Assembly: GCA_052168235.1 (NCBI GenBank)
Contig: JBQLZK010000034.1
Span: 1-64,000, forward strand
Length of the DNA: 64,000 bases
Source: Thainema sp.
Lineage (GTDB): Bacteria > Cyanobacteriota > Cyanobacteriia > Phormidesmidales > Phormidesmidaceae
Direction of reading: 5' to 3'
The notes beneath the pieces are model-generated. The model did no database searches. It was not told the origin of the DNA and saw only the letters and a list, made by a program, of their open reading frames with translations. Below are positions 39,548 through 52,267 of the stretch, piece by piece (the first letter of the stretch is position 1; every line of letters begins with the position of its first letter). The position numbers and the translations under genes were made by a program.

Positions 39548-40309
39548 ATGTCCTCAATCGGTCGTCAAATCATCACGCTTGTAGGTGCGATCGCACTTTG
39601 CCTCAGCCTCTGTGCCTGCAATGCTCTCCCCTTTACGCAAACCTTCAGCGGCACCTTTGATCCCGCCCAGCCCTATCGGACCACCTCGCCCAGTTCGGAC
39701 GGCATTGGCAAAGTTTACCTGGGGCGCGAAATTGCTCAGGTGATGGGCTATCGGGGCGCTTACTGGCTAGAGCGCATGGGCCGCAGCTTGGAAGAACGGC
39801 CCCAACTGGTCATCCAAGCACTTGATCTGGAACCCGATGATGTCGTGGCCGATATTGGCGCAGGCACAGGCTACTTCACATTTCGCATGAGTCCCCTGGT
39901 GCCAGAGGGTCAGGTACTGGCGGTAGACGTACAGCCGGAAATGCTGAAACTGATCCGCGATCGCATCTCCGAAAAAGCGGTCACGAACGTGGAACCCGTT
40001 CAGGGCGCTATTGACAATCCTCATCTGCCTGAAAACAGCGTCGATCTAGCCTTAATGGTGGATGCCTACCACGAGTTTGAATATCCCTACGAAATGATGA
40101 CGAACTTGGTCAAAGCGCTGAAGCCCGGTGGCCGAGTCGTTTTGGCCGAGTACAAAGGCGAAAACCCATTTATCCAAATCAAACGGCTACACAAAATGAC
40201 CGAGCAGCAAGTTCGCCGCGAAATGGAAATTGTTGGCCTACACTGGCTCAAAACCTACGATGAGCTACCGCAGCAGCATCTTCTATTCTTCGAAAAGCCT
40301 GCAGTCTAA
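39548..40309 (+). CDS. class I SAM-dependent methyltransferase (putative lipoprotein)
   Basis: ADIGAGTGY, AVDVQPEM, DAYHE, LKPGG. Confidence 0.88.
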   Translation: MSSIGRQIITLVGAIALCLSLCACNALPFTQTFSGTFDPAQPYRTTSPSSDGIGKVYLGREIAQVMGYRGAYWLERMGRSLEERPQLVIQALDLEPDDVVADIGAGTGYFTFRMSPLVPEGQVLAVDVQPEMLKLIRDRISEKAVTNVEPVQGAIDNPHLPENSVDLALMVDAYHEFEYPYEMMTNLVKALKPGGRVVLAEYKGENPFIQIKRLHKMTEQQVRREMEIVGLHWLKTYDELPQQHLLFFEKPAV

Positions 40310-40316
40310 CCAAATT

Positions 40317-40414
40317 CTAGTGCTGTCTCAGGTTTGGATTGAGGGTTGAGGAGTCGTGCTTTGCGCAACTCCTCAACCCTCGGAACTATTAAAACAAAGC
40401 TGACAGACTACTAG
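40317..40414. repeat. mini-element with terminal inverted repeats and a hairpin
   Basis: CTAGTGCTGTC...GACAGACTACTAG ends; internal GAGGGTTGAGGAG/CTCCTCAACCCTC stem. Confidence 0.65.
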
Positions 40415-40509
40415 GCATAAGACTTTGCGCGAGTTGATACACGACCAAAAGCGGGATCAAAAGTTTTGGTCAAACCGAACTACCTCACTACGAGTAATAT
40501 CGACATCAA

Positions 40510-40599
40510 TAGACTTTATGGGAAATTGTTTTGTAGCGCGGCGGAGCCGCGCTACAAAACAATTTCCAACCCCAAAAACTTTATTTCCAATAAAGTCTA
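40510..40599. repeat. mini-element with terminal inverted repeats and a hairpin
   Basis: 17-bp terminal inverted repeat with 1 mismatch (TAGACTTTATGGGAAAT); internal 22-bp perfect hairpin GGAAATTGTTTTGTAGCGCGGC. Confidence 0.7.
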
Positions 40600-40765
40600 A
40601 TATCATCCGATCGCGCCAACAATCACTTTTCCCCAACGCGGCAGCTTCATGGTGTTCTGTTTTATGACAGTTCAGCTCTAATCTAACTGTGTCTATTGGC
40701 AGCTGTCACGGTGCGCTGAATACGAAAATCCCTTTCCCGCTTTGGGAAGGGATTTTGGAGCGTTA

Positions 40766-40866
40766 TACGAAGTCCAGTTAAAACCCGATAATTTATTGTT
40801 GGAAAAAAGCAGGCTAAGCCTGCCTTTTTCCAACAATAGTTCAGGTTCCTGTACACGGACTTGATA
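40766..40866. mobile_element. mini-element of the TATCAAGT family abutting a stop codon
   Basis: AAAACCCGATAATT + hairpin at 40794-40838 + GGACTTGATA, directly next to the stop codon at 40867. Confidence 0.65.
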
Positions 40867-41502
40867 TTACTTCGGATCGTAAGACCAACCTTGAGGCACA
40901 TCCATTCCGTCTCGATTGGTGCGCTCTTCGGCAGGACGAACACCAGACTTATCGATTAAACGTACCGTACTTGCCTGCGGCCCTTCTCGACCTTCCGTCA
41001 CAAAAAACTGGACACCCGAACCGACTCGTAGCCGATCGAAGTCGCTATGTAAGACGCTATTGCGGTGGAAATACACGTCTTGGCCTTCTGGAGTCTTCAA
41101 AAAGCCATAATCTTCGGCGGGAAACAACTTGGTGACGATACCGCCAACAGCTTGTTCTGGATGGCTCTTAACGTGATTCTGCTGCTTCTCGGTCAGCGTT
41201 TGTAATTGGCGGCGGGCCGCATCGAAAGCCTCCCGAATCACCGACTCCAGTGTGTCATACTGCACACCTTCACTGGGATTCTTATCCACTGCTAATTCGT
41301 GACCGGGCGGAACCATCAAATCCAGTCGCACTCGATAGGGCGAACCGTGGCTGGGATGGGTATGAGCACGTTCAACCGCGACGTGGCAACTGATAATGTG
41401 ATCGCAAACTTCTTCGAGTTTTTCCATTTTGCTGCGAATCAAACTATCGATCGCACTGCTTTTTTCAACGTCTCGATAAGTGATATCTAATGGTACTTGC
41501 AT
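40867..41502 (-). CDS. HPF/RaiA ribosome hibernation domain fused to a cold-shock domain
   Basis: N-terminal S30AE-like region (I..CHV.VE, AFDAARRQL) and CSD motifs YGFL, VYFH, GPQA. Confidence 0.88.
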   Translation of the reverse strand: MQVPLDITYRDVEKSSAIDSLIRSKMEKLEEVCDHIISCHVAVERAHTHPSHGSPYRVRLDLMVPPGHELAVDKNPSEGVQYDTLESVIREAFDAARRQLQTLTEKQQNHVKSHPEQAVGGIVTKLFPAEDYGFLKTPEGQDVYFHRNSVLHSDFDRLRVGSGVQFFVTEGREGPQASTVRLIDKSGVRPAEERTNRDGMDVPQGWSYDPK

Positions 41503-41547
41503 AAATTTAGTTTTCGTCTCGTAGCTACAATATTAGAAAATCCCGAT

Positions 41548-42669
41548 TTATCCGACTGAAATCGTTGTTGGCAGCGGTGGCTGTACGTTGCGGCCCAGTC
41601 GCGCCCGATAGAGATCGCCAACCCGTTCTTCAAACCGCACTAGATTGTGGGCAATGCGATCGAGAATATCGCTCGTTTTCGGATCTGTAAGCTGAGCTGA
41701 GAATCGAGTCGCATCAACTACCCCCGTTTGCAGATCGCCTAAGGCTCGCCGCAGTAAATCAATTTTGTCGTTGCTGGACTGAAGCCAATTTTGCAAAGTT
41801 GCAAATGCTTCACTGCCAACCGCTTGCCAGCTTACCTGCTCGCCCATCTGGCGCAGGCGGATTTCTAAGGACTCAACGTGCTGCTCCTTAGCTGCGATCG
41901 CATTTGCAAAAACATACTGCATTTCCGGATCATTGGAATCCGCTAGCTTCTCCACATACTGCCGAAAAGCTGCCAGCGTATAGCGCTCACCCACTAGAGC
42001 CGTATTAATCACGTTGATAATATCTTGCTTTGTAGAACCGCCCCAATGTTCGCCCAACTGCCACCATTCATAGTCTTCAGTTGCCGCATCGGGCAGCGTT
42101 TCACCGTCAATCGTTAGCCCTAAATAGCTGAGTAGGGTAGTTGTAAACAGCGGCAAATCGCCGGGACGACGAGCGGTAATCAGGTTTTCGTCCACAACAA
42201 CAGGCTCGTCAACATAGGTCGCACCCGCGTTTTGAATGTCTTTGCGAATGGAGCGAAATCCCGTAGCTTGCTTTCCGCGCAGTTGATCGGCTTCGATCAG
42301 CACCTGCGGCCCATGACAAACGGCAGCGATTAATTTGCCCTGAGCCATACCGTCAATCACCATCTGCACAGCGCGATCGTCCATCCGAATGTGATCGGGA
42401 GCCTGACCACCCGGAATCAAGATGGCATCAAAATCATCGGAGAGCACTTCTGTCGTAGTGGCATCCGGCTGGATTATGACGGTATTGCGCTTGCCTTTGT
42501 ACTGCTCGTTCATCCGACTACCGAGCACCACAACCTCAGCGTTTGCCCGCTTCAGCGCGATATAGGGCACCTGAAATTCTGAGTCTTCGAAACCGTTTTC
42601 CACCAGAATGGCAACCCGTTTCGTCGCTGAGTCATTCATCGTTGAGCTGTTATCCGTCGAAACTGTCAT
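41548..42669 (-). CDS. DJ-1/PfpI/YhbO family protein with a C-terminal helical (ferritin-like) domain
   Basis: GFEDSE, IPGG, AVCHGPQ; ATG at 42669 follows GGAGG. Confidence 0.88.
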   Translation of the reverse strand: MTVSTDNSSTMNDSATKRVAILVENGFEDSEFQVPYIALKRANAEVVVLGSRMNEQYKGKRNTVIIQPDATTTEVLSDDFDAILIPGGQAPDHIRMDDRAVQMVIDGMAQGKLIAAVCHGPQVLIEADQLRGKQATGFRSIRKDIQNAGATYVDEPVVVDENLITARRPGDLPLFTTTLLSYLGLTIDGETLPDAATEDYEWWQLGEHWGGSTKQDIINVINTALVGERYTLAAFRQYVEKLADSNDPEMQYVFANAIAAKEQHVESLEIRLRQMGEQVSWQAVGSEAFATLQNWLQSSNDKIDLLRRALGDLQTGVVDATRFSAQLTDPKTSDILDRIAHNLVRFEERVGDLYRARLGRNVQPPLPTTISVG

Positions 42670-42985
42670 ACATTCCTCCCGCTCCTGCGTCGGCATCAGC
42701 AACTGCGATCGCAGTTACTAGCTTTTGGCTACAAACCTGATTGGGTCTACTGTTCAGAGCAACCGCTATTGTTTTAATCTTAGAAATTCTTTAATCTAGC
42801 TAGCCTCACTCAATCGTCCGAACTGCTCTCACTCATCCGGCAGATATTGCAGGCAGAGCCAGCAGTGAGAGCAATTGAAACGATGCTGGAATCTAGACAA
42901 ACGTCTAATAATAATTTCTTCAGTTGACGTATAACACTGGACGAATCGGGAGATTCGCTTCAGTCCATATTCGGTAGGCTTCATC

Positions 42986-45667
42986 ATGGCAAAACAGCAA
43001 CACGTCAGCCAATCAGCTCACGATGTTTCGGCTGTTCCATCAGCGAAACTGCTACAGACGCGCCCGTTTCACAATGAGCATGAGACAGAAAAGCCGCAAT
43101 CGTCTCCAGCCGAGGCTCAAACTCAATCTGTAACAGGTGGCTGGGATTTGACCCCAAAAATTCTGTCGGCAACCAGTCCATCAACGCCTTCACCAACGCC
43201 AGTAGTTGGCCTACCGCTACAGGCAAAGTTAACCATTGGCGAACCGAATGATAAGTATGAGCAAGAAGCCGATCGGGTTGCCCATGATGTTGTCCAGCGA
43301 ATTAATGCACCAGATACGGCTTTATCTCAAGATGCTGAGGATGAAACATCGACGGTTAATTCAGCTCAGCAGGTTCAACGTCAAATAGCACCTCCCTCCA
43401 TGACAAGTGGATTTGACCTGACAACTAAGTGGTTATCCCACTCAAGCCCCCCCTTTTCGACTTTTGGTCAGCCGCTTCAAGCAAAACTGACGCCTCATGA
43501 ATCGCCGATTCAGCGCGAAATGCAGGAAGAGGAAGATGAGCTACAGATGAAGCCGCTGCTGCAACGAAAATCGGTAAGCAGTGGTGATGCTTCCAACGAA
43601 TTGGAATCAAGCATTAATCGTGCTCGCAGTGGTGGGCAATCACTCGATGCTGGTCTGCAACAGTCAATGGGGCAGGCAATGGGAGCCGATTTCAGTAACG
43701 TAAAAGTTCATACTGATTCCACCGCAGATAGTTTAAATCAATCAATTCAAGCTAAAGCCTTTACCACAGGCCAAGACGTGTTCTTTCGACAAGGAGCTTA
43801 TCAACCAGGAAATCGAGGAGGACAAGAATTAATTGCTCATGAGTTGACTCATGTAGTACAACAGAGCAACCATTCAGTTAAACGATTTCCTCAACCAGAA
43901 AGTTCACTTCAAAGCCTTGAATCGTTTGGAGGCTCAGTCATACAGAGGCAGACAGGGGAATTGATTCAAGCAACTCTTCGTCTTAAAAAAGGAACTAGGG
44001 TTGAAATCCTCAAGGATATTGGCGACAGATTTCAAGTTAAAGTCATTGAAACATCACAAAAATGTTGGATTAGCGGCAGGCTTAAGGATTACTTTAAAGA
44101 AGATTCATCAATAGAAATTACTGAAGATACGGTTATTGAAACACCAACTAAAACACCAGTCAAGGAAACGCAAACCGAAGATTTAGTTGGAACAGTAACT
44201 ACTCTTGATAAAGAGCCAAAATCCGAAGATGTCATTGTTGATAGTGTACCTGAATCTCAAACTCAATCTATACCTGAAGATACAGAAAGCGAGACATCAG
44301 ACGTTTTACCACCTCCCAAATCAGGCGATCAAGTAACAATGAAGGTGGCTCCTAAGCCGACCTTAGCTGAACCTGTAGCAGGACAGAAAGTCTTTCAATC
44401 TGGAGGAGGTGATACCTTAAAAGTTAAGGTGACAAGAAAAGAGGGAACGGAGAAAATTGATTTAAAGGCAGGACAAAATTATCTAAATGATGAGCTGTCA
44501 GCCCTTTACTATTCCAGTGAGAGCGAAATTAAAGCTGGTAAAGTAACATACGGAATGCTGTTTGGTGGATCTGCTGTTTTGGGGGACGGGCATCATCGCT
44601 TCTTATGGTTAGCTCATCATGGCAAACCAATACAGGCTCAAGTAAAACGAAGTGCTGGTGGCCAAGCTTGGAGTGGGATGACATATCAACCTGATCCCAA
44701 AAAGCCGAAGAAAGCTTATTCACAAGATTCCACTACACCAACTCTAGATATCGAATCAGCAAATCTAGATTCGAATGAAGTTGCCAAAAAGCTACGATCC
44801 AAATGGGAAGGGATTGACTGGGGTGAATTAAAGAAGCCAGGTTTAGTTTTTTCAACCAAATCTGGCGAGTTGACAACTACAGCACAGTACAATCCGGAGA
44901 ACCACACCATTAAACTGAATAAAGATGAGACTGATCCAGTTAATCTCTGGGATAATGTCTTATTTGAAGCTCAAAATGCACTAAATGCAAAAGTATTTGA
45001 TGAATTAGGTGGAGAAAAAGGTGGAAAATCAGAGACGACTTTTAAGGAGTATGGACAAAAAATGGCCACAGCCGAATATGATAGCGTCAAACGATATGTT
45101 ACAGCACTTAGAGAACTTATATCAAACGGTTTGAATAGAAATTCTCTCACAACACTAGCAAAGAATAATTTAGCTAAATGGGATAGTTGGGATGAGCAAT
45201 CATTAGAAGAGTCTAGCAGGATTAAACTGTTTAATAATGCACCTCATGATGCAAATGCAACGGATACTAAAGCAGCCTTGAGTTCTGCAGAACTTTATGC
45301 CTACGAGGCCGTTGAATCAAGTCTGTTGAAAAATATTAATGGCAAAATGTCGCTCATTCTAAAGAACATTTTTCATCCTAGTGCTTCGAATGGATATTAT
45401 ATGAAAGATCAGTTCACAAGTCTAAAAACAGTTGTCAATAAAGGTCCTGCACCTTGGCCTGAATCTGGTGCAGCAAGAGTTATTAAATACTCCACATGGT
45501 TGGAAGAAGTAGAGAAGGCTGCAAAGAGTATTAAGGATGTAGTTTCCATGTCAGGCGCAGGAGTTAATGGCAAAACATTAGAAACCTTTAAGGAACAATT
45601 TGTTACGCTAATTGATAGCGCTAAACTGTCAGAGAAAAGTGTAGATATAGCTGGGAAGCTGATATAA
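42986..45667 (+). CDS. DUF4157 (eCIS-associated) protein with a variable C-terminal effector region
   Basis: LQAKLTIGEPNDKYEQEAD, ADFSNVKVHTD, AFTTGQDVFF, AHELTHVVQQ. Confidence 0.88.
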   Translation: MAKQQHVSQSAHDVSAVPSAKLLQTRPFHNEHETEKPQSSPAEAQTQSVTGGWDLTPKILSATSPSTPSPTPVVGLPLQAKLTIGEPNDKYEQEADRVAHDVVQRINAPDTALSQDAEDETSTVNSAQQVQRQIAPPSMTSGFDLTTKWLSHSSPPFSTFGQPLQAKLTPHESPIQREMQEEEDELQMKPLLQRKSVSSGDASNELESSINRARSGGQSLDAGLQQSMGQAMGADFSNVKVHTDSTADSLNQSIQAKAFTTGQDVFFRQGAYQPGNRGGQELIAHELTHVVQQSNHSVKRFPQPESSLQSLESFGGSVIQRQTGELIQATLRLKKGTRVEILKDIGDRFQVKVIETSQKCWISGRLKDYFKEDSSIEITEDTVIETPTKTPVKETQTEDLVGTVTTLDKEPKSEDVIVDSVPESQTQSIPEDTESETSDVLPPPKSGDQVTMKVAPKPTLAEPVAGQKVFQSGGGDTLKVKVTRKEGTEKIDLKAGQNYLNDELSALYYSSESEIKAGKVTYGMLFGGSAVLGDGHHRFLWLAHHGKPIQAQVKRSAGGQAWSGMTYQPDPKKPKKAYSQDSTTPTLDIESANLDSNEVAKKLRSKWEGIDWGELKKPGLVFSTKSGELTTTAQYNPENHTIKLNKDETDPVNLWDNVLFEAQNALNAKVFDELGGEKGGKSETTFKEYGQKMATAEYDSVKRYVTALRELISNGLNRNSLTTLAKNNLAKWDSWDEQSLEESSRIKLFNNAPHDANATDTKAALSSAELYAYEAVESSLLKNINGKMSLILKNIFHPSASNGYYMKDQFTSLKTVVNKGPAPWPESGAARVIKYSTWLEEVEKAAKSIKDVVSMSGAGVNGKTLETFKEQFVTLIDSAKLSEKSVDIAGKLI

Positions 45668-45810
45668 AGCCCGTCTCTCCCCCCCAATTGACGTAGTCGT
45701 TTTTGGGCAATCAGTGCTAAGACTGTATATATAGTCACCTGATCTCAGAGTGGCTGGTTACAAGTCACTCCTCAGATCCGACGCGGCGCTACATGTGGAG
45801 GATCACCGTT

Positions 45811-46284
45811 ATGAGTTTAACGAAACACATTCAAATCTCGGCTTTACACTGCATTGAACCCGCTCAGGGAATCGAAATTTGTCCTGTTGATCAGGCTCTA
45901 GGGATCACCGAGTATCAAATGCCCTCCAGCCATGAAACGAATTTGGTTTACATTGCTCCTAGTGTAATTGAAGACCTGTTCGTGCATCACTTTCAAACCG
46001 ATCAGCTTTTGGTAGTCAAAGGTCACGTAGTTTTAGCGGTACTGCAAAACGGAGCGTATCAATACATTTTGATGCGCGATCGCAATCCGCAGGTGATCAA
46101 AATTCCGCCTGGGATTCCCCACGGTGCAATTCACTTGGGCACTGAACCTTGTGTAGCGATCAACTCCGTCATTCGGCACGGCCCACCCTACGCACGGGAT
46201 TATCGTCCAGTGCCCCAGCGATTACCCTACGACCTAGAAAAAGTGCGATCGCTGTTTGCTGAGGTTGAAACAACGTCAATTTAA
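45811..46284 (+). CDS. cupin-fold dTDP-4-dehydrorhamnose 3,5-epimerase-like protein
   Basis: DLFVHHFQTDQL, IPPGIPHGA; GGAGGA ribosome binding site. Confidence 0.75.
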   Translation: MSLTKHIQISALHCIEPAQGIEICPVDQALGITEYQMPSSHETNLVYIAPSVIEDLFVHHFQTDQLLVVKGHVVLAVLQNGAYQYILMRDRNPQVIKIPPGIPHGAIHLGTEPCVAINSVIRHGPPYARDYRPVPQRLPYDLEKVRSLFAEVETTSI

Positions 46285-46309
46285 AGATTGTTGAAGTAAG
46301 GTTTAACTT

Positions 46310-46348
46310 AACAAAGGAAGCTTTGCTGAAAACAAGGCTTCCTTTGTT
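46310..46348. terminator. terminator hairpin
   Basis: AACAAAGGAAGC...GCTTCCTTTGTT. Confidence 0.6.
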
Positions 46349-47192
46349 CTCACAAAAAGCCCCCGGATCAGATCATCTATTTCTTCGAATATAGCTATCA
46401 ATTAATCTCACTGTTTGCCAAGCATCTTGTAAAACAAGCATCATTTCAGCAATGCTTAGCTAACAACAAACAGATTAAACTGCTATCAGTCGAACACGTT
46501 GCTAGTTAAACTAAAAGCATAAATAATTTCAAGATTAACGCATTACAACAATTCAAAAATCGCTATATTGCATTAATTAAAATATTTATTGTCTAAATTT
46601 TGAAAACCAGATATATACGAAACAGTTATTTTCCACTGTTACTCATCCTAAACCCTCCACTGGCTCATGAGTTTCGGCAAAATAAGGTCAGTTAAGCAAT
46701 GGTCGTGTTGCTTAATCTGGTAAAGGATTATTGAGATACTGATTACTATAAAAATCATTGGGAACGATAGACTTATCAGTAACTCAAACAATTCATTTTG
46801 TGCCTCATTTAACAATAAATTGCAATTTGAGCACTGATAAATTGAATAGTGTGCTTGGTTTTACGGAGTGCGATCGCAAAATTGCGAATTAGCACACATA
46901 ATCTATGATTGTGCAATTTGTTATGGAAAGGATAAGAAATGACCAAGTTACGCTCTGCTGACAAATAGCTGGCAAAATGATTAAGCTCATACACTACAAA
47001 TTAAATTATTCCTAGAATTTTAAGAGTAGACATTGATTACAGCTTTAGATGTATATGTGTTGCGATCGCGTGGACTGATCCTTCTATCTCGGCGAATTCA
47101 TCACACTGAATAAAATTTCAGATCAAAAACTGAATTTAATCAGATTTGCGTAAAAAATTTAATTTTCCCCTGACGAGTTGGCAATAGCCACT

Positions 47193-49955
<2,763 letters not shown>

Positions 49956-49980
49956 GTAATACCCCTATTCAATACAGCTC

Positions 49981-51129
49981 ATGAACTGGTGGACTCGGCT
50001 CAAGAAAAATACCCTTGCTCGTATAGGAGCAATCATTCTTCTCATCCTTTACATATTGGTGATTGGAGCCGACTTTTTTGCGCCCTATGATCCCTATGTG
50101 TCCCAGGTGAATGGTTCGCTCCTGCCACCCACAGCTGTTTACTGGCGGCTTCAATCAGGTCCAGACGAGGGCCAGTGGATTGGCCCCCACGTCTATCCCA
50201 CCACGCAAGGCCCCGTATCTCTGGAAACGGGTCAGCGAGACGTCAATGTAGAGTTTGACCAGCCCTCCCCCATCCGGCTGTTTGTGCAAGGCGATGAGTA
50301 TCGATTCCTCCAGTTAAAGCTGCCGCTGCCGACACGGTTTTCGCTCAAAGCACCCAACTTCGAAGAGTTTGTGGTTCTACCCGGAATTCCCGGCAACATC
50401 CACCTGTTTGGCACAACCGGAGAAGGCAGGTTCAACGTCCTCGGCACCGATGAACAAGCACGCGATGAGCTGAGCCGCTTGATTCACGGTGGACGAGTGA
50501 GCTTATTTATCGGTCTAATTGGCGTCGCCATTTCATTCCCGTTGGGTATGCTGGTGGGCGGCATTTCCGGCTACTTTGGTGGCTTTGCCGACTCAATTTT
50601 GATGCGTCTGGTCGAAGTGATGATGACGATTCCCACCATTTATTTGCTAGTTGCTTTGGCGTTCGTCCTTCCACCGGGACTGACCAGTTCACAGCGCTTT
50701 TTGCTGATTGTGTTGATTACCTCGTTCGTGAGCTGGTCAGGACTAGCCCGGATTATTCGGGGTCAAGTGCTATCAATCAAAGAACAAGAATTTGTCCAAG
50801 CTAGCCGAGCGATGGGTGGCAAACCACTCTATATCATCCTGCGCCACGTTCTGCCCCAGACGGCTACCTACATCATCATTGCAGCCACTCTGGCGATTCC
50901 CAGTTTTATCGTGGCCGAGGCGACGCTGAGCTTTATCGGCTTAGGAATTCAGCAGCCGGACATGTCCTGGGGCAACATGCTTACCCTGGCGAATAATGCT
51001 TCTATTCTGGTGCTGCAACCCTGGCTGATTTGGCCACCCGTCATCTTGATTGTGGTGACGGTGTTAGCGTTTAATTTGCTCGGTGATGGCCTGCGGGATG
51101 CGCTGGATCCGAGGAGTTTGCAGCGGTAG
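49981..51129 (+). CDS. peptide ABC transporter permease (DppC/OppC-like)
   Basis: LGTD...RD..SRL..G.RVSL, ARIIRGQVLS, FNLLGDGLRDALDP. Confidence 0.92.
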   Translation: MNWWTRLKKNTLARIGAIILLILYILVIGADFFAPYDPYVSQVNGSLLPPTAVYWRLQSGPDEGQWIGPHVYPTTQGPVSLETGQRDVNVEFDQPSPIRLFVQGDEYRFLQLKLPLPTRFSLKAPNFEEFVVLPGIPGNIHLFGTTGEGRFNVLGTDEQARDELSRLIHGGRVSLFIGLIGVAISFPLGMLVGGISGYFGGFADSILMRLVEVMMTIPTIYLLVALAFVLPPGLTSSQRFLLIVLITSFVSWSGLARIIRGQVLSIKEQEFVQASRAMGGKPLYIILRHVLPQTATYIIIAATLAIPSFIVAEATLSFIGLGIQQPDMSWGNMLTLANNASILVLQPWLIWPPVILIVVTVLAFNLLGDGLRDALDPRSLQR

Positions 51130-51277
51130 ATCAGTAGGACTGTAGAGGACTGTAGAGGGCTGTAAAGAAAGTGCGATCGCACTTATTGCGTCTACGCTAA
51201 GCTGTCCCCAGCCAGAGCAAACTTGGCTCAAGCTCCCAATTTTTAATTTTTCCAGACCCAACTCTAAACGCGCATCC

Positions 51278-52246
51278 ATGACCTACCTCGAAACCACGGC
51301 CAAATTCTACGCCGAAGCTGCCGAAACCCCACAGGCAAATCTGTGCTGTGTCAGTACGCCGCCCCTGCAACTGCCAGGATTGAAGATTCCCTGCATCATG
51401 CAGCAGATGAACTATGGCTGTGGCTCTACCGTTCATCCTGCTGAGCTGTCCGGCAATCCCACCGTGCTTTACATTGGCGTGGGCGGCGGCATGGAAGCGC
51501 TCCAGTTCGCCTATTTCTGTCGTCAGCCCGGCGGCGTGATTGCCGTTGATCCGGTTGCCGAAATGCGCCAGGCCGCGACCCGCAACCTGCAAAAAGCGGC
51601 CCAGGACAACGACTGGTTTGATCCTGCGTTCGTCAAGATTCTAGAAGGAGATGCCTTTGCGCTGCCCGTGCCGGATGAGTCGGTGGATGTTGTGGCTCAG
51701 AACTGTCTTTTCAATATCTTTGAGCCGGATGATCTGAAAAAAGCGCTCTCTGAAGCTTACCGCGTGCTGAAACCCGGTGGACGTTTGCTCATGAGCGATC
51801 CAATCGCGACTCGTCCCATCCCGTCGCACCTCCAGCAAGATGAACGTCTCCGCGCCCTCTGTCTCTCTGGCGCACTCATCTATGAAGACTACATTCAGTC
51901 CCTAGTAGACATTGGCTTTGGTCAGGTAGAAATTCGTGCCCGTCGTCCCTATCGTCTATTAGATAATCAAAGCTACAACCTGGACGCTCCGTTGTTGCTA
52001 GAAAGCCTGGATTCTGCCTCTTTCAAAGTTCCCATTCCTGAGGATGGAGCCTGTATCTTTACAGGTAAAACTGCTATCTATGCAGGTACAGAAGCTTCAC
52101 TCGATGACGGTGCTGGCCATGTTTTGCTACTCGGAAATCCCGTCGCTGTGTGTGATAAAACCGCTGCAAAATTAGCGCAAGAATTCCCACAGGATGTCAT
52201 AATTACCGACTCGACCTGGCACTACACGGGCGGTGGCTGCTGCTAA
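51278..52246 (+). CDS. arsM: arsenite S-adenosylmethionine methyltransferase (cyanobacterial type)
   Basis: LCC, MNYGCG, QNCLFN, LCLSGA, C-terminal GGGCC. Confidence 0.85.
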   Translation: MTYLETTAKFYAEAAETPQANLCCVSTPPLQLPGLKIPCIMQQMNYGCGSTVHPAELSGNPTVLYIGVGGGMEALQFAYFCRQPGGVIAVDPVAEMRQAATRNLQKAAQDNDWFDPAFVKILEGDAFALPVPDESVDVVAQNCLFNIFEPDDLKKALSEAYRVLKPGGRLLMSDPIATRPIPSHLQQDERLRALCLSGALIYEDYIQSLVDIGFGQVEIRARRPYRLLDNQSYNLDAPLLLESLDSASFKVPIPEDGACIFTGKTAIYAGTEASLDDGAGHVLLLGNPVAVCDKTAAKLAQEFPQDVIITDSTWHYTGGGCC

Positions 52247-52267
52247 GTGCGATCGCATTCCCCAACG

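Noticed and set aside
45811..46284. Cupin gene as the immunity protein for the DUF4157 effector
   Set aside because: It contains HIP1 sites, has native composition and resembles an epimerase-like family, unlike the AT-rich effector region.
46349..47190. Gene or ncRNA in the long AT-rich spacer
   Set aside because: Only a 61-aa ORF with no features and no convincing structure; treated as a promoter region.
51136..51168. GGACTGTAGA 10-mer repeated about three times
   Set aside because: Short degenerate tandem repeat with no sign of function.
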